Source of the DNA: Eledone cirrhosa
Lineage: Eukaryota
Length of the DNA stretch: 64,000 nt
NCBI GenBank assembly: GCA_964016885.1
Contig: OZ024751.1
Span: 3,782,001 to 3,846,000, forward strand
Reading direction: 5' to 3'
Below, one piece after another: positions 11,955 through 28,673 of this stretch; position 1 is the stretch's first letter; each line of letters opens with the position of its first letter. Below the pieces are notes generated by a model. The model saw only the letters and a list, made by a program, of their open reading frames with translations. It was not told the origin of the DNA and ran no database searches. The position numbers and the translations under genes are program-made.

Positions 11955-14900
11955 ATGCTTATCAAAGATTACCTTCCTAAGTCTACTAAGAACATACCAA
12001 TACCACCTAAAGATACATATGAAAAATTATTGATAAAAGAGTTGACACTATTAAATAGTGTCAATTATGAAAAATAGTTGACACTATTTAATAGTGTCAA
12101 CGCTTTTATCAATAGAGTGAGATGGAGGACATTCCATTACGATAGAAACCGTTCAGACAAAAACAGAGATACAAATAACTTCGACACTTACGGCTTTAAA
12201 ACATTTAAAAGCCCTCCTCACAACATCTTATTAAACTCTTTTGAAAATGATCTAATTAAACTAGTTAAGAACATGAGATACAAAAAACATCATAATAGAA
12301 ACAACACCTTCTTAAACGACCTTAACTCCACTATTAAAGGATTTAATAAAAATTAAAATATCCTAGTACATGCAGATAAAACTAATAATATATATAGCTT
12401 AGATTACGATACTTATAGAAAATTTATATATAAGGAACTTCATAGGAGTTATAAGTAAACTACTATTAAAAACCTAGAAGATATAAATATAGAAGGCCGT
12501 AGTATAGTGTGTAAATTTGGACTTCAGAGACATACACAGCCATACACCCCTACCTCCCAAGATTTTCTCTGAAGGACCATAAAGAAGACTTCATTAGTAA
12601 GCCTTCGATAACGATAAGACTAATTTGCCCTTCCGAATCTGACATTGGTATTATCAGCAAGAAAATATTAGATAGAATCATCCCACAGTTTAAGCACAAA
12701 ATATATCTTAACCAATGGGGAAATACAGGTGAAGTTATTGAATGGTTTAAGGGTATTAAAGAGAGTAAAAATAGAAAATTCATACAATTTGATATCAATT
12801 CATACTACACCTCTATTTCCCCTATCCTATTAAATAAGGCTTTAATTATGGCCATGAACAATAGTGACCTGACTAGATCCCAAATTGATGTCATTCTTGC
12901 GGCCCGAAAAACCATAATTACATTTGAAGATCAATTATGGACCCGCAAGGATACGCATAACAACTTTGACATAACTATGGGATCTAGTGACTCGGCGCAG
13001 GTCACTGATTTGGTGGGCCTATATCTCCTAAATGAAATCCATAAGAGCCTACCCTACCTCAACGGTGGTTTATACCGCGATGATGCACTTCTTATAGACT
13101 ATAAAAAATTTAATATAGAAAAAACTAGGAAACAATTACACAAAATTTTCAAAAACTTCAACTTAAGTATCACCTTAGATAAAAACACTAAAAACGTTAA
13201 CTTCCTTGATGCTACCCTTTGCCTAGACTCTAAAATATACACACCCTATCATAGACCTAATGAAAAACTAATTTATGTGAATACCAACTCTAAAAACCCT
13301 AAATCCATATTAAACTCTATTACTAAAGGAATATATAATAGAATCTCTAATCTATCATATAATGAAACCATATTTAACAATAATTCATAATACTATAATG
13401 ATGCCTTAGCTAAAGTTGGACATAAGAATGAGATTGAATTCCTACCTATAATATCACATAGTTACAACATTATTTCTCATAATATGGCCATGAGGAAAAA
13501 TAATAAAAACACTAGCCACTATAACTCTAGGACGAAGGGTAATACCAAACTTAACTCGCACCAAAGTAAACACCACAATAATAATATAAACAGAGATATA
13601 AATACCTCAAAAACCAGTACTAAGAACAATAGAAGGAGAATTAATACACTCTTCAATCCCCCTTTCAATCTAAACATCTCTACCAACTTGCCTAAGGCTT
13701 TCTTCTCAATCTTAGAAAAAACTTCCCGTCCGGCCACAAGTACCATAACCTTATCAATAAAAATACCATTAAAATCTCGTACTCCACCACACCTAACATA
13801 GCATACCATATAGCTAGTAGTAATAAAAGGAAGATTAATAATTATTTCCAACTAATTAAAACACAACAGGAGGTAAACTTAGTACCTGTAAACAATAGTA
13901 GTAATAATAGTAATAATGATAATAGCACTAATGAAATCAATAACAATACGAATGACAGACATCATTACCCTAGTGCTATCCCTAGCAACCAGAATTCTCC
14001 ACAACATAGGAACCGGCAAGCTAACATCCAGAATAAATGTAACGGTAGAACTAATAGAACTTGCCCCTTAGGTAATAATTTCTTAACCAAAGACATCATC
14101 TACTCATGACCCGTCAACGCAAACAACTCTTCTAAAACATATATCGGCTCTACTTCGAACAGCTTCAAGACGAGATACAACTCGCACCTCCACTCTTTCA
14201 AAAAACACAATCTAGCCAACTCCACTTCTTTCTCTAGCTACGTACACTCTCTGAAAACTAGGAATAGACCATTTACACTGCAATGGGAAGTAGTAGGTAG
14301 GGCCTCATCGTATAAACCACCGAATAAATTGTGTAATCTCTCCCATACTATAATCTTTTCGAAACTAGACCTCCTTAATACAAAGTCAGAGACATTTTCC
14401 TCGTGCCAACACCGATACCGTCACTCATTCCATAACTTTAAACCTAGCTGTTAGTATATATCAATGTCAGATTTTAATTCCTCACAACCATTAACACTTC
14501 ACATCTAGGACTTATCAGCCCCAACAGCTACACACTCTTTGATCAGCTCTTTCCTCTACACAACTCCTATGGACCTCTACTCTGCAATAACTGTTAGAAT
14601 TAAACATAAAGTTACCACCTTTTGGTATAACTAATATAGCTTAATTATATAATATAAAGTAATGGATATTTAATATGTAGAGACATTTAATGTGATACGT
14701 AATAATAAACTATATATACATTTATATAATTAAATACTTAAATTAATAACATGTATATAAGGGATCTACCTTAAACACAATGTAATAATAATAAGGTATA
14801 TATACATTTATAATTAAATATATAATGTAATAGCATTGTATATAAGGGATTAATATTTAAACAATAATGTATATTATTACACAAATGATATATCTATTTG

Positions 14901-15832
14901 GACATATAAACAGCTATTTTCCATAACAGCTATTGTCCAGTAATGAATAGATAACAATCTTAAGAGACCTTTAATGTATTATAATAAAATACACTGTATT
15001 TAAAATCAAGAATAAATGTATAGCATTATGTAATAGAGATTCAATTGTATCACATTATAATGTGTATTAGAACAAAGATTTTGAATAACTGAATTTAATT
15101 AGCTAGTTACCTCCCCTTACGCATTAGCTCCCCTTACTCACTTCCGGAAATTTTAACCGTTGGAAAACCTACCTGTTGAACAACTATAGTCCAGGAATAT
15201 GAATACAATAAGACTAATTTACAATCCATTGCTTTAACTAACTTAAACATTCAATATAAACATTAACTAAAATATAATTCAACATATGTAATGGAAGAGA
15301 CTGCAATAACTGTATTCTCCTCAACAAACACAAATTCAAACACTATCAACATACTACGTCCACCTTAGATTTTAATACATTACATTTTTACTTAAAATAC
15401 AGTATTTATTTATCTATATATGCATAATAACTTTGCTTATTTCCTTCTCATATATATGACTAACGCATGTGCACTTTCTACACACCTGTATATGTATTGC
15501 TAATGAACTCTTTCTTTCTCAAAGCTTCTTTCACAATGCGTCTTTAATTATTTGACTATTCTCTTGTATTATCTGTTGCATCTATTCCACTCTGTGCTTT
15601 TAATTTGAATTTGAATTTTTGTACAATTCTCGTAAAATATATGTCACATCCATTCCACCCTGTAAATACGAAACTGTTGCTCACAACATCAATACATATG
15701 TATCTATATTATTGAATAGGAGGTTAATTACATGTACAAACATTGATAATGCTCCGATGACTCCAAATGAGAGTTTGGAAGAAACGATTGTCAGCTATTA
15801 AATGATTTGAACACAACTTTGATAATTGTCTA

Positions 15833-15838
<6 letters not shown>
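11955..15838 (+). mobile_element. Near full-length but disabled PLE (YRDD RT plus GIY-YIG; ORF ~11955-14454) with long 3' UTR
   Basis: KSTKNIPIP N-terminal motif, ADKTNN, LKDHK, FIQFDI, FDITMGSSDSAQV, GLYRDD, FNPPF, YIGSTS..FKTRYNSH; many stops and frameshifts; Asn-rich linkers. Confidence 0.9.
15747..15800 (+). ncRNA. Type I hammerhead, core mutated to CCGATGA
   Basis: taatgct CCGATGA ctccaaa tgagag tttggaa GAAA cgattg TC agctatta. Confidence 0.7.
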
Positions 15839-15918
<80 letters not shown>

Positions 15919-15919
15919 G

Positions 15920-16800
15920 ATTTGTCCAGGTCTGTTGTCTAACCTGATTAGTTTTTTCGTTGTTTTGGTACTGTATGGCTGGGTCCACTTGTATATATGG
16001 GGGCGGGGGCACAAATTTAAATTTGAAAACCAAGCAATGCATTAGAAAGGATAGTAAATCGCCAAGATAATAAAAGAATCTTACCTTAGCAAACTTAATG
16101 ATCCGAAATATATTCGGGTTTAAAAACCCATTATGAAGGGAGTAACCTTATGATAGACTTTAAAAAATCAATCAGAATTGACTTGATTGTTTTGAGACCA
16201 GATTTAAGTTAAATGAAATGAAAAGACATTAAAATTTCGAACGTGCACGTTGTTAAATGTATGATATATGTATATGTATGTGTGTGTGTGAATGTTTGTA
16301 TGTGTGTGCATGAATATAAGTTTATGTACTGAGAGGTGTGTGCGAATATGTATATAACAAAATTGAAAAGTATGTGTGTGTAAGTCTAAGTGTGTTTGCC
16401 TAGTGAGGACATAGATTTAATTTGAAAGAGTGAAGAATGAAACTGGCCGTTGGGATGTTGGAATACAGGCTTTTAAATTAGCCATTCTAGTGCACTTATT
16501 TCCATTCGATAAGAGGACTTCCTTAATTCTCAGCGACCCTATACTGCGTTCGGTAACTAACATTGTGGTGATAATGTTCTTCTGGTTTCCACATTTGATG
16601 TTGTGTTCGTGGAAGGAAGAGGAGTTGGCGATTTAATGTTCTTTCTAACGGATTGCTTGGTTTTCAAAATTTAAATTTGTGTTTCCTATTCAACAATGCT
16701 TCGAGCAAGCTTCAAAACTCTGTTATATATATAATAGTAAAAAAGAAAAGAAAAACAGTAGGAAATGCTAAAGGGAATTTGTCTCAGAATAACAGCAAAG
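15920..16800 (-). mobile_element. Highly decayed PLE-like remnant with internal inverted duplication
   Basis: 16009-16065 is an inverted copy of ~16625-16683; CA/TG-rich UTR-like segment; very degenerate HHR-like hairpin at ~16100-16142. Confidence 0.4.
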
Positions 16801-16884
16801 CATTTATTTACAAAATAAGAATTTCCAACAGACAAAGGACAAACTAAGAATGCCAGCATTACAGACAGAAATACTAAGATAGAT

Positions 16885-18650
16885 ATGGGGTGGGAGAGTG
16901 TAACAGCAATGGTATGATCCTGCTGCAGATGTGTGAGGAGCTGGATCTGTGTATTACCAACACCATGTTCCAGCAAAAGAATAAGTTTAAGACCACATGG
17001 ATGCACCCTGCATCTAAAGAATGGAATGTTCTGGACTGCGTCCTTGTCAGGGTGCGTGACAGACGGGATGTGCAGTGTGTTCGTATTCTTCGGGGGGCTG
17101 AGTGCTGGACGGACCACCGCGCCTAGTACGTGCAAAAGTGAAACTAATCACTGCCTAGGAGACTGAATGCTGCTCGTCTTAGAGATAATAATGTGAAAAG
17201 GACATTGCGAAAAGAGATGCATGTTGTAGTTTTTGGTGAGGATTGGTCGACCCTTAAAAACAGTCTCTTGCTTGAAATTTATGGACCGTCTTCTTCTCTG
17301 GTGACACCGCTTCGCAGCAGTGATGGCAGGGAACTTCTTAGTGACTCACAGGGAATTCTGTGACGGTGGCGAGAGCACTTTCATGAACTTTGTATCAGCC
17401 GTCTGTCGTCAATGGAGATTTCCTCAATCTCGTTCCTGAAAAACTTGTGAAAGTAGATCTCGCAGAAAGTAGATCTCGCAGAAAGTAGATTTCGCAGAAA
17501 GTAGATCTCGCAGAACCACCGACGTTTGATGAGTAGCTGTCTCGAAGCTGAACAGTGTAAGGTATGGATGGCATACATGCAGAGCTCTTAAAATATGGTG
17601 GTGAGAGATTTCTGCGACATCTTCACTCTTTGTTTGGCAGGATATGGGCTAGTGAATCCGTACCTGAGGACTGGAGAGATGCAGCAATGGTGGTCTTGTA
17701 CAAGGGAAATGGTAACAACAATGATTGTGGAAACTACAGAGGTATATCATTGCTTTCAGTCGTAGGAAAAATTTTATGTAGGGTGCTTCTGAACCATCTG
17801 CTGACACTTTTCACAGCTAGACAGCTCCAGGAGAAGTGCATGGAACAAGATTTGGATCTGTATCAGGTTTTTGTCGATCTGACAAAATCTTTTGATACTG
17901 TTAACAGAAATGCATTGTGGAAGGTTCTCCAGAAACTTGATTACCCTGGTAAGTTCCTTGCTTTGGTTATGTCTTTCCATGATGACATGAAGGCTTGGGT
18001 TAATGTCAGAGGTAATATGTCGGAGCCTATCACAGTGAGAAATGGAGTGAAACAAGGAGATATTTGCCATATACTTTGCGATGGTTTTTTATATTGCATT
18101 CAGAAATTGCGAGCATGGTGTTTACATTTACTATCGAACCTCTGGCAGCATCAGGCGCTTTGTTGCAAAAACTAAAGTATTTGCCTCTATCATAAGAGCC
18201 CTCTTGTATGCAGATGATTGCGATCTTGTAGCAAGATTGATATGTATTTTCTGATGCTTGCACTGTCCTAGAATTGACTGTCAGTCTCAAGAAAACCGTT
18301 GTCATAAACCAACCTGCCCCTGGCGAGCAGAACAATGATCCAAATATCTATGTGTATGGTAAACGACTTGGAGTGGTTGATCAGTTTGTCTACCTGGGAA
18401 GCACTGTCAATTGATACAGCAATATTTGTAATGAAATTCCACTCAGGATTAGGAAAGCAAGTGATGCTTTCGGAAAGCTAGAAAGGCGCCTCTGGGGTAG
18501 GCGAGACATATGCAAGAAAGCAGAGGTAAAGGTGTACAAGGCATGTGTGCTCTCTTCTCTTCTATATGCCTGCCAGACCTGGGTCACATATCGACACCAC
18601 CTTAAGCAATTGGAACGTTTCCATCAGATGTGTCTCAGACGGATCCATGC
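16885..18650 (+). mobile_element. Decayed RTE-clade (BovB-like) LINE: APE C-terminus plus RT
   Basis: SNGMILLQMCEELDLCITNTMFQ..TWMHP..CWTDH; DGIHAELLKYGG; NYRGISLLSVVGKI; FVDLTKSFDTV; GVKQG; LYADD at ~18204-18218. Confidence 0.9.
17449..17512. repeat. 16-bp tandem repeat x4 inside the RTE
   Basis: gaaagtagatctcgca x4 (one variant). Confidence 0.95.
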
Positions 18651-18775
18651 CAACACAAGAGCAAGAATGAGAGGCTCATTCTACTGACATGGCCTTAAAA
18701 TGAGGCTTATTTGCATAATTGCAAACGAATCGAATATTATTATTAATATTCGAAAAACTCAAATTATATATATAT

Positions 18776-19750
18776 ATATATCAAAGGTAAATACTGAGTT
18801 AGAAACTCAAAATAGTCACAAACAATTAAATAGCTTAAGGAAAGATATTTTTACGTGCCGTGTAATATAATCTCTATATATAAAACTGAGGATGTCTGTG
18901 TGTGTGTGTGTGTGTGTCGAGTTTGAATCCCTAAAACTCGAGAAGTACCCATCCGATGTTTTTCAAACTTTACATGTGTATTACTTATGTTTCAGGGAGT
19001 GTTATGCACATAAAAAAATTCAACTTTTTGATCCCCTAGGATTAGGTGAAAAACTGCGTTTTTTTCAGCTTTTTAGGGGTTTTTTTAGGCGTTACGTCAG
19101 ACCGATTTCCTTGAAATTGTAACTATGTACTAGTCAGTCTCTTCTTCATACCGTGAGCAAAGAAAATCTAACTTTTTTATGGCCTAGGGCCCGCATTAGG
19201 TGAAAAACTTCATTTTTTCAGCTTTTTAGGGCTATTTTGAGGCGTTACATCTAGCCTATTTTCCCGAAATTTCAAGGCATATTATGCACATAAAAAAAAA
19301 TTCCTTTTCTTGATCCCCTAGGGCCCGCATTAGGTGAAAACCTGCATTTTTTCTGCTTCATCGAGGAAAATCTTAAAGAGTATCCAGCCATCAGAGTATT
19401 CGGTTTATTTTATTTTCTGTCCAGGCATGCAGTTTTTCCCCGATTAGGTCTGTTGGCGGCCTGCGTTCCAAAATACCTTATCCCGTGCAACGCCGGGTAC
19501 CACTGCTAGTTGAATATAAAAGAGAGATAAACACAGATATATACATATGTGTTCAAATCGTAAGGGACCAGATTCGCTAGGGTAACGAATCTTGTCCATT
19601 ACGATTTGAACACATATATGTATATATCTGTGTTTATCTCTCTTTTATATTCAATTATATTACACGGCTCGAAAAAATCTCTTTCCTTGAGCTATTTTAT
19701 TGTAAGAAACTATTTTGAGTTTCTAACTCAATATATACCTTTGATATATT
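18776..19750. repeat. Diverged inverted repeat (pLTR-like) whose left arm is interrupted by a Helitron
   Basis: 18776-18870 plus 19510-~19563 mirror ~19598-19750; partial third copy at ~20270-20345. Confidence 0.85.
18871..19509 (+). mobile_element. Complete non-autonomous Helitron (639 bp)
   Basis: A|TCTCTATATATAAAA 5' end; subterminal hairpin cccgtgcaacgccggg; CTAG|T 3' end; empty site visible in the other arm of the host repeat. Confidence 0.92.
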
Positions 19751-19920
19751 CGGCTCCTTCAATTTTGTAGAGCTAATTTAAATCTCGAGTAAACTTGGCT
19801 GCTATTTTTAGTAGTATACGTTTATGAGACATGCTAGGTTCTGATGACATGTGCGATATTTGATATACGCACACTATTCAGTCTCCTGAGATACTTAGAA
19901 GTGAAGGGTTTACTAACTTT

Positions 19921-19999
19921 ACACTCACTGATGAGCAAAGAATTGGTAATTCCCTTTGCTAAAATTGCGAAACAGCCATATCAAAATCTGTCTGGGTGT
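19921..19999 (+). ncRNA. Canonical type I hammerhead ribozyme (GUC site)
   Basis: acactca CTGATGA gcaa..ttgc GAAA cag ccatatcaaaat ctg TC tgggtgt; all three stems pair. Confidence 0.9.
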
Positions 20000-20036
20000 C
20001 TGGCAGTTGCCCCAATATCGGTTTGTATTTCTTTTC

Positions 20037-20216
20037 AGTATCGGTAGAGGGTCTGACGCGATGCTTTGCAAGCATAGAGTTACGGGCCTTTACGATTTGA
20101 CTTCAAATCCCGCCGAGGTTAACTTTGCCTTTCATCCTTACGGGGTCGATAAATTAAAGTACCAGTAATACACTGATATAATTGCTGGCCTTGTGCCAAA
20201 AGTAGAAACAATTATT
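20037..20216 (+). mobile_element. tRNA-derived SINE (same family as 1688-1878)
   Basis: Degenerate B-box cttcaaatcccgcc, core ctttgcctttcatccttacggggtcgataaa, tail gccttgtgccaaaagtagaaacaattatt. Confidence 0.8.
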
Positions 20217-20338
20217 TTAAATTGAGTCTGGCAAACCCTATTGTTCATAGTTAGTATTTTTTTCACCCTAGCGAATCTGTTCCCTTACGATTTGAACATA
20301 TATATGTATATATCTGTGTTTATCTCTCTTTTATATTC

Positions 20339-20443
<105 letters not shown>

Positions 20444-20786
20444 AGAACACTGGGAGGTAATATCTGTAGTGGTAGACCACTCAGTCCATGGGACGAGTTT
20501 GGTAGAAGTAGTAACACAACAGTTAGTTCACCATACCGAGAACAATTGTTTCACCTTAGCGGATCTTCAGCTCAGACATTCTCCCATGGAATCAAGATGT
20601 AATTCAAGCATTTGTTGTTGTTATGAGAACGGTATCCTTAGATGAAATTCGGTTTTGTGATATGCCGCCGGCAGGAAAATCCCGCCCTTCTGCTCGTGCG
20701 TCCAGCAAACATATGTTGATTTACGACCCTAATTCCGTTGCGGTTTTGTGAATCCTGATTTCGCTAATTGACACATGGATAGCACT

Positions 20787-21410
20787 TTACTCGAGTAAAC
20801 ATGACTGAGAGTCATAGATTGCTCTCCGGGGCTGAGACTTACACTTTCTTAAGCTCACCCGGACCTCACTCATAACAAGCCGGTGGTCACTGCCCAGTGT
20901 ACTGAAATAGTTGTATGGTTCTGTGTTCAGAACACTATTCCGCCACTTTTTCCTAACCAGAATGAAATCAATCTGGGACTTGGACAGGTGCATATCAGAG
21001 ATGTAGGTCCACATCTTCCTAGGATTCTTCCTAAACCTTAGCTTGGTTGCCATCAAGTTCGTCCCCAGCAGGGTGTCTCTGAGTAGTCTTTCATTTCGGT
21101 TGGAAGCACCAGCAAGGATCTTCACTGTTCTCCTTACTCAGATGTGCATTGAAGTCCCCCAGAACAAGCAGGATGTTATGAGCTGGTGTGACGTTGACAG
21201 CTCTACACACTTCCTCCTCGAACTCCTCTGCACTCACATCACTGTCTTTTCCGGTTGGACTATAGGCTGAGATGACTGTCAGTCCTGGGTTTCCATTGAA
21301 GGTCACCCTCAACACTCGCGGGGGAGACAGGTATGATTTACCTCACCAATAGATTCGTTTTTTCCCTGAGCACAAAGCCCACTCCTCCTACTGCAGCATT
21401 CGTTGCTGGA
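20787..21410 (-). mobile_element. LINE apurinic endonuclease (APE) fragment
   Basis: GGVGFVL, VISAYSPT, LVLGDFNAHL, SQIDFILV, GSDHRLV motifs across frameshifted ORFs. Confidence 0.85.
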
Positions 21411-21415
21411 CACGG

Positions 21416-26125
<4,710 letters not shown>

Positions 26126-26699
26126 ATATATATATATCATAATATAATAAGGGGATTGCGGGGCTGCGTCCTGAATATATTTTTTACCCCGTTAGTAAAA
26201 TAAGATAGATTACTTTGAATAAATAATGAATGAATATTACATAATTTTTGTACTAAATTTCGTAACTGTTAATTAAACATAAATTTTTGCTTATTTCAAT
26301 GCTTATTTTAAGATTCACTTCTTTAAAAATTTTCAAATGTCTACACTTCCGGTTAGCGTCCGTTATATAATAACACTTATTACATCGCTTATGTAAACGT
26401 TCATATATTTCCATTTGTAAACCAAGGTGTATATTTCTGTCGCTAGCTTTCTCCTTTTTCGTTTTCATTACATTTCACCGTAATGAAGTTTATATATAAT
26501 ATTGTCTTTGTTAAATGCATCATGGATTACTTTAGTGATTACGAAAGAGAATGTAACACAGTCTCTCTTCAATTGCTGTGCATATTGTCAATTACGATTT
26601 TATTTGACATTTCATATTTACAAGCATGTATATTTGCATATAATATCAATATGCACACTACACATGCTAGCAGAAACCCACCCCAATGGTGGTTTTTCT

Positions 26700-27160
26700 G
26701 CTAGTATTTTGTATTCCCATTTCAGGGTCAACTTCCTTTCAAAGTATGTTTCCATTATGCGCCCTTTTGACTGTATTACATAACAGACAAGCAAGCAAGC
26801 AATCACAGACTTTTAGTTATATACTAGACCATCCGTGACCCGTCACTTAAATTTTTAAATAATTAAAATATACACAGACATGTAGATAATGTAAAATGAA
26901 ATTCGAAGGTCATTCTCACTTTAGAATATTTTTTAGATATGCCAAAACATATTTTTTTAATCCTATTCACTTAAAAATAATTTTTTTAAAAATAAAAATA
27001 TTGTCTGTGTAAAGAAAGCTAAAATATAAATACTTACTGTACGAACAACTTGTATTTTCGAAATCACATTGACTTAAAAGTATTTCTAAATAATTAAAAT
27101 ATTCTGTTTAACAAAAGCAAATATATAAACATTTATTGTAAAAACAACACGTATTTTTCA
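26700..27160 (-). mobile_element. Non-autonomous Helitron pieces with a tail-to-head junction
   Basis: Minus strand gtgacgggtcacggatggtCTAG|TATATAACTAAAAGTCTGTGATTGCTTG at 26824/26823. Confidence 0.8.
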
Positions 27161-28673
27161 GTCACCTATCTTCTATATACTACTAAAACTCTGATCTTGC
27201 GTGCTTGCTTGCTTGTCTGTTATGTAATACAGCCAAAAGGGCGCATAATGGGTAAATACTTTGAAAGCAAGTTGCCTCTGAAATGGGAATGCAAATTGAA
27301 TAAAACAAATTTCGCGAAAATCTGACCCCGGGTTCCCGAGATTCGCGGGTTTTGGTGGTACCTTCGTAAATAACTACAACGGTACATACTGGGAAAATAC
27401 CTCGAAATTAACATAACTCGCAAAACTTAGTAAATAGCCAAAACATTGCATAAGGAGAAAATACTCTGAATAAAACAAGTTTGGCGTAAATCGCACATGG
27501 ACAATATTTTCAATTTTCCAAAAATAGCAAGGAATTCATCTAAATTCAATTTATCTTATTTTATAATGAATATCGAAAGAAATAATCCGTTTGTTTTTTG
27601 GTTGTCCATTCTGTAGGTAAGAGAAACAGAGAGGGGGTGAGAGAGAGAAAGAGAGAGAGAGGGGTGAGAGAGAGAGTGAGGGGATGAGAGAGAGAGAGAG
27701 GGGGGATGACAGCTAGGGAAAGAGACAGCGTCCTTACTTTTATTTATTTTAACTCTCCCCCTATCCATAACGTTATTTCTTTCTCTCTCTTTCACAGTTA
27801 TACTACCACTGTGTGTATCTGTATGTGTATGTGTGCCAGTGCATGTGTTTACGTACTTAGAGACATGTGTGTGTAACAGTACTTAAGTTAGAGACATATA
27901 TATATATATATATATATTTGTCTATGTGTGTGTGTGTAGGATACCTTCGTAAATAGCCAAAACGGTGCATAATGGAAAAATAGCCCTGTAAGTGATATAA
28001 CCCTGAAATGGGGATAAAACAGGTTTGACGTAAATCGACATAAAAATATTTCTCGAATGATGAAAATAGTTTAATAATTATTAAAAAAAACTTTTCAGTG
28101 ATTTCTCAGTGAATATGATTTCAAAACTACAAGTTGTTTGGACTTCAAATATCTATATTCGAGCTTTCTTTAAATAGACGATATTTTAATTATCAGACGA
28201 TATCAAGTGAATATCACTGAAAAATACCAGTTGGTGTTAAACAGTAGGTGTTTATATTTTTGCTTTTGTTAAAAAGAATATTTCAATTATTTAGAAATAT
28301 TTTAAAGTGAATTTGATTTCACAAATAGCTTTATTTACATAGACAATATCTTCATTTTTTTTTTATTATTTTCAAGTGAATACGATGGAAAAAATATTTC
28401 TTGGCATATTTAAAAAATATTCTTAAGTGAAAATGACTTAAAAAATACAAATTATTTGTACACCGAGTATATATATTTCAGCTTTCTTTAAACAGAATAT
28501 TTTAATTATTAATAAATATATTTTAAGGGAATATGATTTGAAAAATACGAGTTGTTTAAACAGACAATATTTTCATTATTTAGAAATATTTCTAAATGAT
28601 GATTTAAAAAAAAATATTTGTTGAGGTAATAGGAATTTTTTCTACGGTGAATACGATTTTCGATTCTTAAATA

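Noticed and set aside
19840-19885. Second CTGATGA plus hairpin upstream of the 19921 ribozyme
   Set aside because: No GAAA or stem I partner.
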